Positions 1 through 9,196 of a stretch of 64,000 nt of DNA are shown piece after piece (positions within the stretch are counted from its first letter, which is position 1; every line of letters starts with the position of its first letter). Made by a program: the position numbers and the translations under genes. The DNA comes from a bacterium (GTDB lineage Bacteria > UBA8248 > JACPRG01 > G963555815), in the NCBI GenBank assembly GCA_965218795.1, contig OZ244653.1, forward strand, positions 2,432,001-2,496,000. The letters are read 5' to 3'. The notes under the pieces were generated by a model. It was not told where the DNA came from. It saw only the letters and a program-made list of their open reading frames with translations, and did no database searches.

Positions 1-1715
1 CCCTTGTCGTTGAGGTTGGTGCTCACGTTGCGAACGTTCGATTGTCCAACGGTCGGCGCGCGAAAGCCCGTGCTGACCGAACCGCGAAACGCAAAACTGT
101 CCGTCGCTTGCCAACGGGCGGCCACTTTGCCGTTCAGGGTGTCTCCGAAGACTTCGTAGTCCTCATACCGGCCCGCTACGCCGACTAGAACGTCCTCGAC
201 CACGTCGGCTTCCAGGTCGATGTACCCGGCGTAGCTGCCGCGGTTGAACGCGCCCGCCGTATCGGGCCGAAAGCCGGGAAACCCATTGGAGCCGATGCCG
301 AAGCCCTGCCTTGCGAGATCCTCGTCAATCAAGTAGGAGTTGGGTTCTCCGGCTTCGATCTTGAACTCTTCCTCGCGATACTCCAGGCCGAGGGCGAGGT
401 TCAGGGGAGAGGAAAAAATGTTTGTGTCGAACGGCCTGGACAGATCGACGTTGAGCACGCGATCCGTCTCGGTGTAGGCGCCGGTGTTGTAGTCCGTCGG
501 AATATCCGAGCCCAGTCTGGCGAGCTGGGGATTGATGGTGTTCGACATGAAAAAGTCCACGCCGTGTTGACCCAGAACGGCGCTCGCATCGTAGCGCCAG
601 CCGTCGAGCCATACGTTGTCGCTGGACAGTTCCCCCCGCAGACCGAAGGCCATGCTCCAGTCGCGCACGACGCCCCCGAACGTCGGCGTAAACCCGCCGG
701 GAAAGCGATCCCTGAACGAAAAGATCTCGCCCCCTTCCAAGGGGATCTGCAGAAGATTGCCGTCACCATCGATGAACACGCCTATCCGTTTCTCGGGATG
801 TCGGAAGAAAAACCCTCCTTCCACCTCGCGTTCCGCATAGTTGCCGAATGCGTAGGCTTCGATGCCGTTGACCAGTTCGAGGCCGAAGTTGGTGAAGAAT
901 TTATAGTCGTAGTGGAACTCCGGCGCGCCCCAAACCTGCGCCGCGGGTGTGCGCACGTGGGTATTGCCCGCGTCAATCAGATCCTGCGCGTCGCCGCGCT
1001 GGACGCTGCGGCTGGTCGGGTCGGCCTGTTTGTACTCGAAGCTGAAGTTGGCGAAGCCCGATTGGGTCAGGGGCAGGCCGAGGTTGCCCGCAATATGGAA
1101 CGTGTCGCCGTCTCCCTTGTAGTACTGGCCCCAGCGGGTTTCCACCGTGCCGCCGTCGGGAGCGTCTCTCAACACGAAATTCATCACGCCGGCGATGGCG
1201 TCGGAACCGTACTGAGCGGACGCGCCGTCGCGCAGCACTTCCACGCGTTTGATCGCAATGGCTGGTATCACGGCAAGATCAGGGGCATGCGACCCGTCCG
1301 AAACGCCGGTCGCCACGAAGGTGATCACGGACGAACGATGGCGCCGTTTGCCGTTGACCAGAACCAGGGCGGCGTCCGGGGACAGCCCGCGCAGGTTCGC
1401 CGGGCGCACCAGCGTCGCGGCGTCGCTGATGGGCTGCTGGTTGACGTTGTAGGATGGAACGGTGGCGGACAGGAGAGAGTCCATGTCCGTGACGCCGTAA
1501 TGCTTGAACGCGTCACCGACGATCACGTCCACCGGCACCGGAGAATCATGGGCCGAGCGTCCCGGATGACGGGACCCCACCACCACCACCTCTTCGAGCA
1601 CCACCTCTTCGGGTTTCGCGGCCCCCCGGTTTTCCTGTGCGGCGGCCGGTGAAACCAGCAGCATCAGCGGGCTCAGCAACAGGATGCGCTTCCATACCCC
1701 TTCCCATCTACTCAT
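1..1715 (-). CDS. TonB-dependent receptor (3' end runs off window)
   Basis: Not in ORF track. Manual translation from ATG at 1715 (AGGAG upstream): MSRWEGVWKRILLLSPLMLLVSPAAAQ...LEEVVVVGSRHPGRSAHDSPVPVDVI...LRGLSPDAALVLVNGKRRH...IAIKRVEVLRDGASAQYGSDAIAGVMNFVL (signal peptide, TonB box, plug domain). Confidence 0.93.
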   Translation of the reverse strand, partial: MSRWEGVWKRILLLSPLMLLVSPAAAQENRGAAKPEEVVLEEVVVVGSRHPGRSAHDSPVPVDVIVGDAFKHYGVTDMDSLLSATVPSYNVNQQPISDAATLVRPANLRGLSPDAALVLVNGKRRHRSSVITFVATGVSDGSHAPDLAVIPAIAIKRVEVLRDGASAQYGSDAIAGVMNFVLRDAPDGGTVETRWGQYYKGDGDTFHIAGNLGLPLTQSGFANFSFEYKQADPTSRSVQRGDAQDLIDAGNTHVRTPAAQVWGAPEFHYDYKFFTNFGLELVNGIEAYAFGNYAEREVEGGFFFRHPEKRIGVFIDGDGNLLQIPLEGGEIFSFRDRFPGGFTPTFGGVVRDWSMAFGLRGELSSDNVWLDGWRYDASAVLGQHGVDFFMSNTINPQLARLGSDIPTDYNTGAYTETDRVLNVDLSRPFDTNIFSSPLNLALGLEYREEEFKIEAGEPNSYLIDEDLARQGFGIGSNGFPGFRPDTAGAFNRGSYAGYIDLEADVVEDVLVGVAGRYEDYEVFGDTLNGKVAARWQATDSFAFRGSVSTGFRAPTVGQSNVRNVSTNLNDK

Positions 1716-1957
1716 GACTTGGCATCTCCTAAATACGTGTCGCGGTTAATTCAAGATTGCAGTCGAATTCTCTATGAAAAACTCCTTTTTATTTTACACG
1801 GAATGAGCGTGCTGGATCATTTTTTCATGGCTGCAACGCAAGAGCCATCCGATTGTCAAAGGGCATAGGTATGTTTGAGGTCGTATCCGGCGGGGGCCTC
1901 ATGCGGTGCGCTTTCTCCCTCCTCACGGATTGGAAGCCCGGAAGGTGAGACCGGACA

Positions 1958-2263
1958 GTGATAAACCTCAAAGATCTGAGTCTGACGTATCCCAATGGTG
2001 TGACCGCCCTTCAACCCATTGACCTCGAATTCAGACGGGGTGAGTTTTGTGTCCTGTTGGGAGCGTCGGGTGCTGGAAAGTCCTCTCTTTTGCGGTGCCT
2101 GAACCACCTGAATACCCCGACAACCGGGACTCTCCGGGTCGATGGGACCGGCGAATTGAGCTCAAAAGCCCGACTGTTGGAACACCGTCGCCGAACCGGA
2201 ATCATTTTTCAGCAACACCAGCTCATCAAGCGCCAGACGGCCCTGCAAAATGTGCTGGTCGGC
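1958..2263 (+). pseudogene. Phosphite/phosphonate ABC transporter ATPase (PtxA/PhnC-like), N-terminal ~100 aa only
   Basis: YPNGVTAL, Walker A GASGAGKS, IFQQHQLIKRQTALQNVLVG; no ABC signature or Walker B follows. Confidence 0.85.
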
Positions 2264-2503
2264 CATAGCCTGGGGCGGGACGGCGGCGCTCGCAGCTGCG
2301 CGGGACATCCCCGAATGCGCGGCGCTCTCCGTCATCGGCTCGCCCTTTGATCCAGCCCATCTTCGCCACATCGAGGACGCCCGGCTTATTGTTGAGACGG
2401 CCCGTCATCCGAAGAGCTTTGTTTCCCTCGATGACGCCGACGGAAGGCCGACGCCGATGAGGCGGCCAGTGCTCTGGCGGTCTGGGCCTCGCGGTACATC
2501 GAG
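2255..2503 (+). pseudogene. Alpha/beta hydrolase remnant (OsmC-associated type)
   Basis: Pieces in shifting frames: LVGHSLG, IGSPFDPAHL, ARHPKSFVSLDDAD, ALAVWASRY. Confidence 0.7.
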
Positions 2504-2590
2504 GGGGATTCTCAGGCTGTTTTCAGGCGGGCCTGGAAGCGCGGACGGAAAATCCCCGCAGTTTGCCGGCTAGGTCGAAGGAACGAGCGG

Positions 2591-4069
2591 CTACCCGTTT
2601 TCGTTGGGGTGCAGACGGTACTCGTGATGCTCGCGCCCCTCGCCGGAGCCGCGGCCGAAGTAGTGCCACCTCGGGAAGTTGAAATCGGACGTCAGCGAGG
2701 TGGGCAGCAGAAGCGCCGCCTGGAGATACGCTTCCAGGTCGGGAACATCGTAGAGATTGACTTCGTATCCCCATCGGTCGAGGCAGTCGAAAATGCGCCG
2801 CTTCCTTTCCGTTCTCCAACTGACGGAGAATCGATTGATCCCCCACGAGACCATCATCCGGAGGATCTCCTGCGCCTTTTCGGGCACGGCGAGAATCATC
2901 GGCGCGAGGAAATCGACAGGGCACTGAACGATGGCGTCCGGGAAGGTTCCGCAGATCCTGCGGAAGCCTTCCTCCCGAAGCGATTGAATGGTCCCGTTGA
3001 ACCACAACCGCGACCCGTCCAGATGAGCCTGTTCGATGACGCCCAACACGCGCCGCACCAGCTCGTCTCCTTCCTTCAGGTCCAGCTTGATTCCCCGTCC
3101 GTGCTGACTGATGGTCTCGAGGCACTCGTCCAGCTCCAGCCATTCCTCATCGACGGACCAGGGAGTCTGCGCAAAGGAGTCGTGGCGAAGGACGACGCGA
3201 TCCATGGGATCCCGCCGGACGTCGCACTCCCCCCAATGAACGGCCGAGGCGAGAAACTGCCTCAGGTTGGCGTGGTCGTTGATCCCGTGCCAGGCGAACT
3301 GAATGTGATTGGGCAGATCGCGCTCGGAAACGAGACTCGTGATGTCGTAGGAGTCGCCGCGAACGGTTCGGGGCGTAGCGCTTCGTTTGGATTCGAAAAG
3401 GGTATTGGCGTGGAGAAAGAGGATTTCCCCTTCCGGTTCCCCCTGGACCATGGCCTCGATGTTCCGGGGCTCGTTGTCCACGGCGGCGAACAGCCGGTAA
3501 CCGGCCTCTTGAAAGTATCGGAGACCCTCGCGCTTCGCCTCTGCAACCCCATCTTCCCACCCGCGAGGGTTCATGTATAACAGGTCAGATCGAAAATTGA
3601 CGCGGTACTCCTCGCCCAGTGCGTTCAGAGACCGAAGCGTGTCCTCTCTGAGACCCTCCGGACGGCCGGTATTCAGGCCGACGCTCGTCGCCGGCTGAAT
3701 CTGAAACCAGCGAATGACGTCCATGACGCCGCGATACGGCTGGTGCGACGCCAGGATGGCGTCCGAGTTCCAACGATTCTCCTGGTACCAGTCGAGAATG
3801 TCCCGTCTCTCCGATCCCGGCAGGAGGAGGGTGTCGAGGAATTGATCAACGTGGTTCTCATGAACCTTGATGTCATCGATCCGCAGCCCCTTGAAGAAGC
3901 TTGACCGGTGAGTGCGGTCGAAGGAAAGCAGCACGTACTGAACCATGTGCCGCATGTCGAGGATGGTGCCGTCGATATCAAAAAGGATCAGCAGCCGATC
4001 GTCCGGGTACCGGCAACGGGTCCGATCGTACTGATCCGCCAATGCCCGCATCCAGTCCTTCATGTGCAT
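2591..4069 (-). CDS. HAD-superfamily hydrolase fused to a FAM151/DUF2181-like (PLC/GDPD-like) domain
   Basis: HAD motifs FDIDGT, NTGR, K, VDNE. C-terminal half: WHGIND, GECDVR, LRHD, GIKLDLK, WFN. Confidence 0.75.
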   Translation of the reverse strand: MHMKDWMRALADQYDRTRCRYPDDRLLILFDIDGTILDMRHMVQYVLLSFDRTHRSSFFKGLRIDDIKVHENHVDQFLDTLLLPGSERRDILDWYQENRWNSDAILASHQPYRGVMDVIRWFQIQPATSVGLNTGRPEGLREDTLRSLNALGEEYRVNFRSDLLYMNPRGWEDGVAEAKREGLRYFQEAGYRLFAAVDNEPRNIEAMVQGEPEGEILFLHANTLFESKRSATPRTVRGDSYDITSLVSERDLPNHIQFAWHGINDHANLRQFLASAVHWGECDVRRDPMDRVVLRHDSFAQTPWSVDEEWLELDECLETISQHGRGIKLDLKEGDELVRRVLGVIEQAHLDGSRLWFNGTIQSLREEGFRRICGTFPDAIVQCPVDFLAPMILAVPEKAQEILRMMVSWGINRFSVSWRTERKRRIFDCLDRWGYEVNLYDVPDLEAYLQAALLLPTSLTSDFNFPRWHYFGRGSGEGREHHEYRLHPNENG

Positions 4070-4174
4070 GCCTGAACACCTCCCCGATGTCCTCCTGGAG
4101 TCGATTGAGCCTGTTTTGCTTCCTTGCTTTCAATCCGCTGCGGTTCCATATCTTTATGAAAGATACGAAGGTTA

Positions 4175-4213
4175 TGTTTCTGGTCGATGACGCGGATGTT
4201 ACGGTTGTGTGAA
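4175..4213 (-). promoter_or_regulatory. Pho-box-like array of four direct repeats with 11-bp period
   Basis: Minus-strand hexamers TTCACA, GTAACA, GTCATC, GAAACA at 4208-4213, 4197-4202, 4186-4191, 4175-4180, ~105 bp upstream of the HAD gene. Confidence 0.5.
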
Positions 4214-4315
4214 AGGGTCCCGCTGGAGGCGTTAAGATAAAGGGGGACCCACGAATGAGGAAATGACGGTGACTCTACTTCAACCGGGCACGCTCCGGCA
4301 GGGAGGCGGCATTCG

Positions 4316-4819
4316 ATGAGCGATCATGAAGAGTTTATGGCCATTGCGATGGAAGAGGCGCTTTCGGGATTGAAAGAGGGCGAGCAGCCCTTCGGCGCCT
4401 GTGTCGTGTTGGATGGGGAGATCATCGTACGGGCTCACAGCATCAAGGTGAACACCCATGACATCACGGCTCACGCGGAGACGCGCGCGGTCGGGCTGGC
4501 CACCCGGGCGCTGAAGAAGAACAGTCTCGCCGGGTGCGCCTTTTACTCGGTGTGCGAGCCTTGCCCGATGTGCTGCGGGGCGATCCTGAACAGCCAGGTC
4601 TCCACGCTGGTCCTGGGCGCCCGCCTGGCGAATCTGAGGGAGCAACCCAACGAGAACATGAACCTCGAACAGTACAAGGGCGGGACCTTCAACTTCCATG
4701 CATACAATGCGGAGCGGATGGCTGAAATGGTCGGTTCGGATATTGTCGTTGTTTCCGGGGTGATGGAAGAAGAATGCGAAAAGCTCTACCGCGACGCCGG
4801 AATCAAGCTCAGCCGGTGA
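4316..4819 (+). CDS. Nucleoside/nucleobase deaminase (TadA/guanine deaminase-like)
   Basis: PFGA, HAE, CEPCPMC zinc motifs; GGAGG RBS. Confidence 0.93.
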   Translation: MSDHEEFMAIAMEEALSGLKEGEQPFGACVVLDGEIIVRAHSIKVNTHDITAHAETRAVGLATRALKKNSLAGCAFYSVCEPCPMCCGAILNSQVSTLVLGARLANLREQPNENMNLEQYKGGTFNFHAYNAERMAEMVGSDIVVVSGVMEEECEKLYRDAGIKLSR

Positions 4820-4870
4820 TCCACGCTCAAGGAAAGGTGTGAAGCGGCTCCGCTTGCTGATCCGTCGGGC

Positions 4871-5599
4871 CAAAATGCGGATCACCTCAAACGTGACGGC
4901 AAAGTCGCATCCAAACCGCTTCCCGGCATCGATTGCGGTATTCCGGAGAAACTCGAAGATATCGAACCCGCCCCCCAGGTTATCGAGGTAAACGCGGTGG
5001 GCCTTCAATGAGGCCACGCCCGTCTCAAAACAGTGTGTGACGTCCACCGCGTGGGCGGCTTCCGGGGAGCTGTTGACGCACACCATTCTGACCCCGCCCC
5101 AGGGCTCGAACCCCTCCGTCATCAACTCGGGAAAGATCCACCGGTTTCCCGCGTCCCTCGCCGCGTCGAGGATCGCCAACCCCGTCCAGCGGTGGTCGGC
5201 CATGTTGAGGGCCCCGCCTCCCCAGGTCAGGTGATGGGATATCGTGACAATGACCTCCGGCCGGTGTTTTCGGATCGCGCGGGTGAGATCTTTGCGCAGC
5301 GGGAGGCCGTATTCGATCACCCCGTCCGGATAGCCGAGGAACTCGACTGATTTCACCCCGACGATGGCGGCGCTTTCGATCTCCTCCTGCTTGCGAAGGG
5401 TCCCCGTCTCCTCGGGCGTCATGGAGTCGATACCCGCCTCCCCCCGGGTCAACAGGACGTAATCCACCGTTTTGCCCTGCAACGTCCATCGGGCCACGGC
5501 GCTGGAGGCCGCATATTCCATGTCATCGGGATGGGCGACGATGGCCAGGGCGCGGTCCCAATCCTCCGGCAAGGGTTGAAGCTCATACTGGTCATTCAA
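4871..5599 (-). CDS. PIG-L family deacetylase (ORF formally reads on to 4280)
   Basis: AHPDDME, TRGEAG, ADHR motifs; family similarity ends near FEVIRI (~4875). Confidence 0.88.
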
Positions 5600-5998
5600 T
5601 GCTGGCCCCCGTATCTCTCGATCATGTTTTCATCATCATGACAGGCGCGGGTTTCGGAAAAGGAAGCCCGAACCCATACGGAAGGTCCGAGCATCCAGCG
5701 TGCGGTGTCTGTGATTATGTATGAGTCCGGCCTGACAGAAAAGAGAAAAGGACGATGAAGGAGATTGCACAATTCTGGATTCACCCACCCGGCATCGCGG
5801 TGTACTGTGGGCTGGTCGCGCTTTTGCTTCATTAGAAGGTTCATGAAATGGTCAAACCGCCCAGGCATGAAAAATGAGGGGCGTACAACCATTGGATCGG
5901 TTTGAACATTGAACGAATTCGGGCGCACTGCGATATGGGCCGGTGAGCGGCGGGCCTCCGTCAGAGCCATGGCGGGCATCAGAGCCGTGGTGGGCCGA

Positions 5999-6838
5999 TC
6001 AGCTCTTTCCCTTCAGTTGGTCGTAGACCCGCTCAATGTTTTTCCTCTGGACGATGGGGGCGATGGTGGTGTACTCGGGCGGGATGGGGAGCTGATCGAT
6101 GAAGGTGATGGTCTCGGCCGCTTCGTCCCGACCCATCCCTTTCCGGATCGCTTCCCGGACCGTATCGAAAATTTCGTTCAGCGTCGCCTTCATGACCGGG
6201 ATGTACGACTTGTCGCAGACCTCGCCGTGGCTCGGAACCAGGATGTCCGCGTCCATGGCTTCCAGCGCGTCCAGGGAATCCAGCCAACGCTGCGGCAGGC
6301 ATTGATGCAGCCAGGGCATGAGGTTGTTGAAAATGAGGTCGCTGGTGAAGACAAGCCGGTGGCGCGGCAGGTGAACGATGGTGGAATTGACGACGTGGCT
6401 CGGGAGGTTCCGGAGCCGGATCTCCTCGTCTCCCGAAAAAAGCGTCATCCGGTCTGAAAACGTGATGGTGGGTTCCTTGGGGACGTACCCCTCCATATAC
6501 GGAAGCCCATCGGGGTCGGCCTTGACGACGAAGTCTGACGCGTTTTCGATCTGACCGCCCGAGATCGGGGAAAGCTCATGAAAGAACTCCCGCGTCTTTT
6601 CATGGGCAATGACCTTGCCTTCGAAAAACGGATTGCAGAGGATATGGTCGATATGGTGCTCGGTGTTGATGATGTAAACGACAGGGCCGTGAGCCTTCAA
6701 TATCTCCACCCATTGGACGGCCACTGAGGGCGGCTCGGGCGTATCGATCAGCACGACGCCTTCGGAAGTCACGATAAAGCCGGGATTGCAACCCGGTATT
6801 CCCGTCTCGACGAAAACGCCCGGCACTATTTCCCGCAT
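5999..6838 (-). CDS. MBL-fold metallo-hydrolase (cyclase-like)
   Basis: NTEHHIDH, FTSDL, VPSHG; GGAGGG RBS before ATG at 6838. Confidence 0.9.
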   Translation of the reverse strand: MREIVPGVFVETGIPGCNPGFIVTSEGVVLIDTPEPPSVAVQWVEILKAHGPVVYIINTEHHIDHILCNPFFEGKVIAHEKTREFFHELSPISGGQIENASDFVVKADPDGLPYMEGYVPKEPTITFSDRMTLFSGDEEIRLRNLPSHVVNSTIVHLPRHRLVFTSDLIFNNLMPWLHQCLPQRWLDSLDALEAMDADILVPSHGEVCDKSYIPVMKATLNEIFDTVREAIRKGMGRDEAAETITFIDQLPIPPEYTTIAPIVQRKNIERVYDQLKGKS

Positions 6839-7048
6839 AATCCCCTCCAATCGCCGGGAACGGAAGAAGCGAATCCACCCACCCGGATTCGACGCCTTGA
6901 GGCATGAGTCTCTGAGAGGGATATAACCCTTTGAGAAGGCTCATGCCTGCATGGCGAAGAATTGAAAGCCAGGACGTCCGTTGAATATGCCACGGACCAT
7001 GAATGAGGTCCAGGATCTGGAATGATCCCCGGGAATCACTTCTCCTAA

Positions 7049-7200
7049 TTGGAGCGTTTCCCGGTCCATCAACGCCATCCAGAGCTCAACCTGAATTGCA
7101 CCGACTGCCATAACCGGATGGTTCATGGCCGACTCCACGAGACTCCACCTGCTGCCGCCGAGAATTGCATCTCCTGCCGTGAGAAGAGCGGGATGCTGAA
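7049..7200 (+). pseudogene. Multiheme cytochrome c fragment
   Basis: H...CTDCHNRMVHG and a degraded CISCR; in-frame stop just upstream. Confidence 0.5.
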
Positions 7201-7413
7201 TCCGCAGGGCGTTTTCCCCGCCCCCTGGAAAACCAGCGGACGCACGAAGCCCTCGCCGATATTCCATCGGCGAATCAGGCGGTCGATACAGAATGGGTCG
7301 TTCCTGAGTCGGTATCCGATTCGCGCTTATCGATTGCCGTCCCACTTTCATGACAATACTTTGCGGCCCTGAGAAAAGCAGCCACCCAAAGAGCAGAAAC
7401 AAGAACCACCGGG

Positions 7414-7665
7414 GCGGAGGTGGCCATCTCCTTTGGATTGATGCTCGTCGTGCTGGTGGTTTCCAACCAGCGCCGCCTTTCAAGACTGACCGGATTGTTC
7501 ACTGATATTCTGGTTGCCATTGACATCTTGACCGTTGCGCCCATTCCCTGAATGAGCGTGAACCCCGCGCGCTCGCTGGGGTCGGCCTTGGCGTCTCAGC
7601 ATTGGAGCGGGTAGTAGATCCATTTCACCGCCCCCCAGGTGGGAATGCTGCTGGCGGCGCAAGCC
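7414..7665 (+). pseudogene. Aquaporin/MIP family C-terminal remnant
   Basis: AEVAISFGLMLVVLVVSN...API P*MSVNPARSLGSA...WSG**IHFTAPQVGMLLAA; NPARS at 7561; stops at 7549, 7612, 7615. Confidence 0.8.
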
Positions 7666-7797
7666 ACCGCCCGCGCAGGTGTTCGAGCATTCCCTCCGCT
7701 GGGATTGGGCTTCTCGGATGGGCATGTATAATGAATCGTGTTCTTCAAAGGACATGGAAATGGAACCCAAAGACGCCTTGGCAAAAGGGGGAAACAA

Positions 7798-8193
7798 ATG
7801 GGACAGGGGATTCCGGACAGCCATAAAGACATGCTCGGTAAGGTGACCTTCGCCCACTTGGCGACGCTGAACCCGGACGGCTCGCCGCAGAACACGCCAA
7901 TCTGGTTTGAGTTCGACGGCGAAAACATTCTGATCAACTCGTCCAAAGGACGGTGGAAAGATCGGAACATGCGCAGAGACGCCCGGGTGGCCCTGTCGAT
8001 CATCGACCCCGACAATGCCTACCGGTATCTGGAAGTTCGAGGGCGCGTGGTGGACATCACGGAAGAGGAAGCTCTCGATCACATCAACAAGCTGGCAAAA
8101 ATGTACCTGGGGAAAGACGAGTATCCTTTTCTCCAGCCAGGCGAAGTCCGCGTCAAATACAAGATTGCGCCGGAGCACTCCACCTCGATGTAG
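7798..8193 (+). CDS. PPOX-class (putatively F420-dependent) oxidoreductase
   Basis: FAHLATLNPDGSPQNTPIW, KDRNMRRDARVALSIIDPDNAYRYLEVRG. Confidence 0.92.
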   Translation: MGQGIPDSHKDMLGKVTFAHLATLNPDGSPQNTPIWFEFDGENILINSSKGRWKDRNMRRDARVALSIIDPDNAYRYLEVRGRVVDITEEEALDHINKLAKMYLGKDEYPFLQPGEVRVKYKIAPEHSTSM

Positions 8194-9196
8194 ACGGACC
8201 TCATCAGCGTTCCAGCCAGGCGAACGGGCGGAGCATACGGAGGTCCCACAGCTTCCACTCTCGGGACCCCGAACCGGCTCGGGATTCCTCTCGGGAAGTT
8301 GGGCGGGAACCGCCCGCCACAGGGATCCCGGTTATCCTCTTGTACGGGGGGATTGGCTCGAAAGCCGGAATCCAGAAGACGACAATCCCGCCTCGGTTTC
8401 TCATACCCGCTGAAGGAATTTCTCAGGGACGATCCAGGCTTTGCTCTACTCCCAGGGATGACTGCCCGCGAGTAGGCCACTGGCGTCCGGCGCGTCCTGT
8501 ACGATGGAGAAAGCCTGTTCGCCGGCGATCTCCCCTGTGTGGATGGGGAGCGGTACCTCTCGAAAGTCGAGGCTTACCGGGAAGGCGCACGCCGCCCGCG
8601 CCACGCCCACCCCGCCAACCATCGATCGCACAAAGGCGGCCGCGATCGCGCAGGCGCCTGCGAAGCTCTCTCGATCTGGATCCTATGCCGGGCTATGGAG
8701 CTAGATGAGAGAGGCGATTACGCTCTTTATCTCTCCACCGGCAGATATGGAGGGTAAGGCATACGTGGATTCTCTGCAATATGGAGAAAGGCGGCCTGCA
8801 TTGGCTTGAATCGGACCCATAGCCAACCCTCCGGCCCACAAGGAATTTTTCCCAACCCATGTTCTTCGATGATGAGCTTGAATACCTATGCGAGATAGAA
8901 GAAAACGGGCTGCTAGGGAGCTCTTGTCGAGCGGTTTGAGATGCTTCGGCCCAAGCGGGTCGGGGGGTGTTGGATCAAACCGTGTGGCGCACGCTACAGC
9001 CGGACAGCAAGATCGTCGGGACAGGAAGCAGGAGGGATGATGAAGGATGACTCAAAAGGAGTCTTGCCAATGGTTTGTTGCTCCTCGCCTGCGTGACAAA
9101 CAAAGATAAAATCCAGCGAAAGCTGGAAGAATATCAAGGATTCTTTGGCTGACGCCGGTACGAAAAGTAGATTCTTTAGCTGAATCCATCGGGAAA

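Noticed and set aside
564-1652. Long + strand ORF (362 aa) and similar ORFs such as 2609..3580, 16287..17624, 45110..46546, 59390..60775
   Set aside because: Antisense shadows of real genes in GC-rich DNA; no motifs of their own
8200-8990. Possible hydrolase/LLM fragments (GIPVILLYGG; ERYLSKVEAYREG)
   Set aside because: Too short and degenerate to assign without a search
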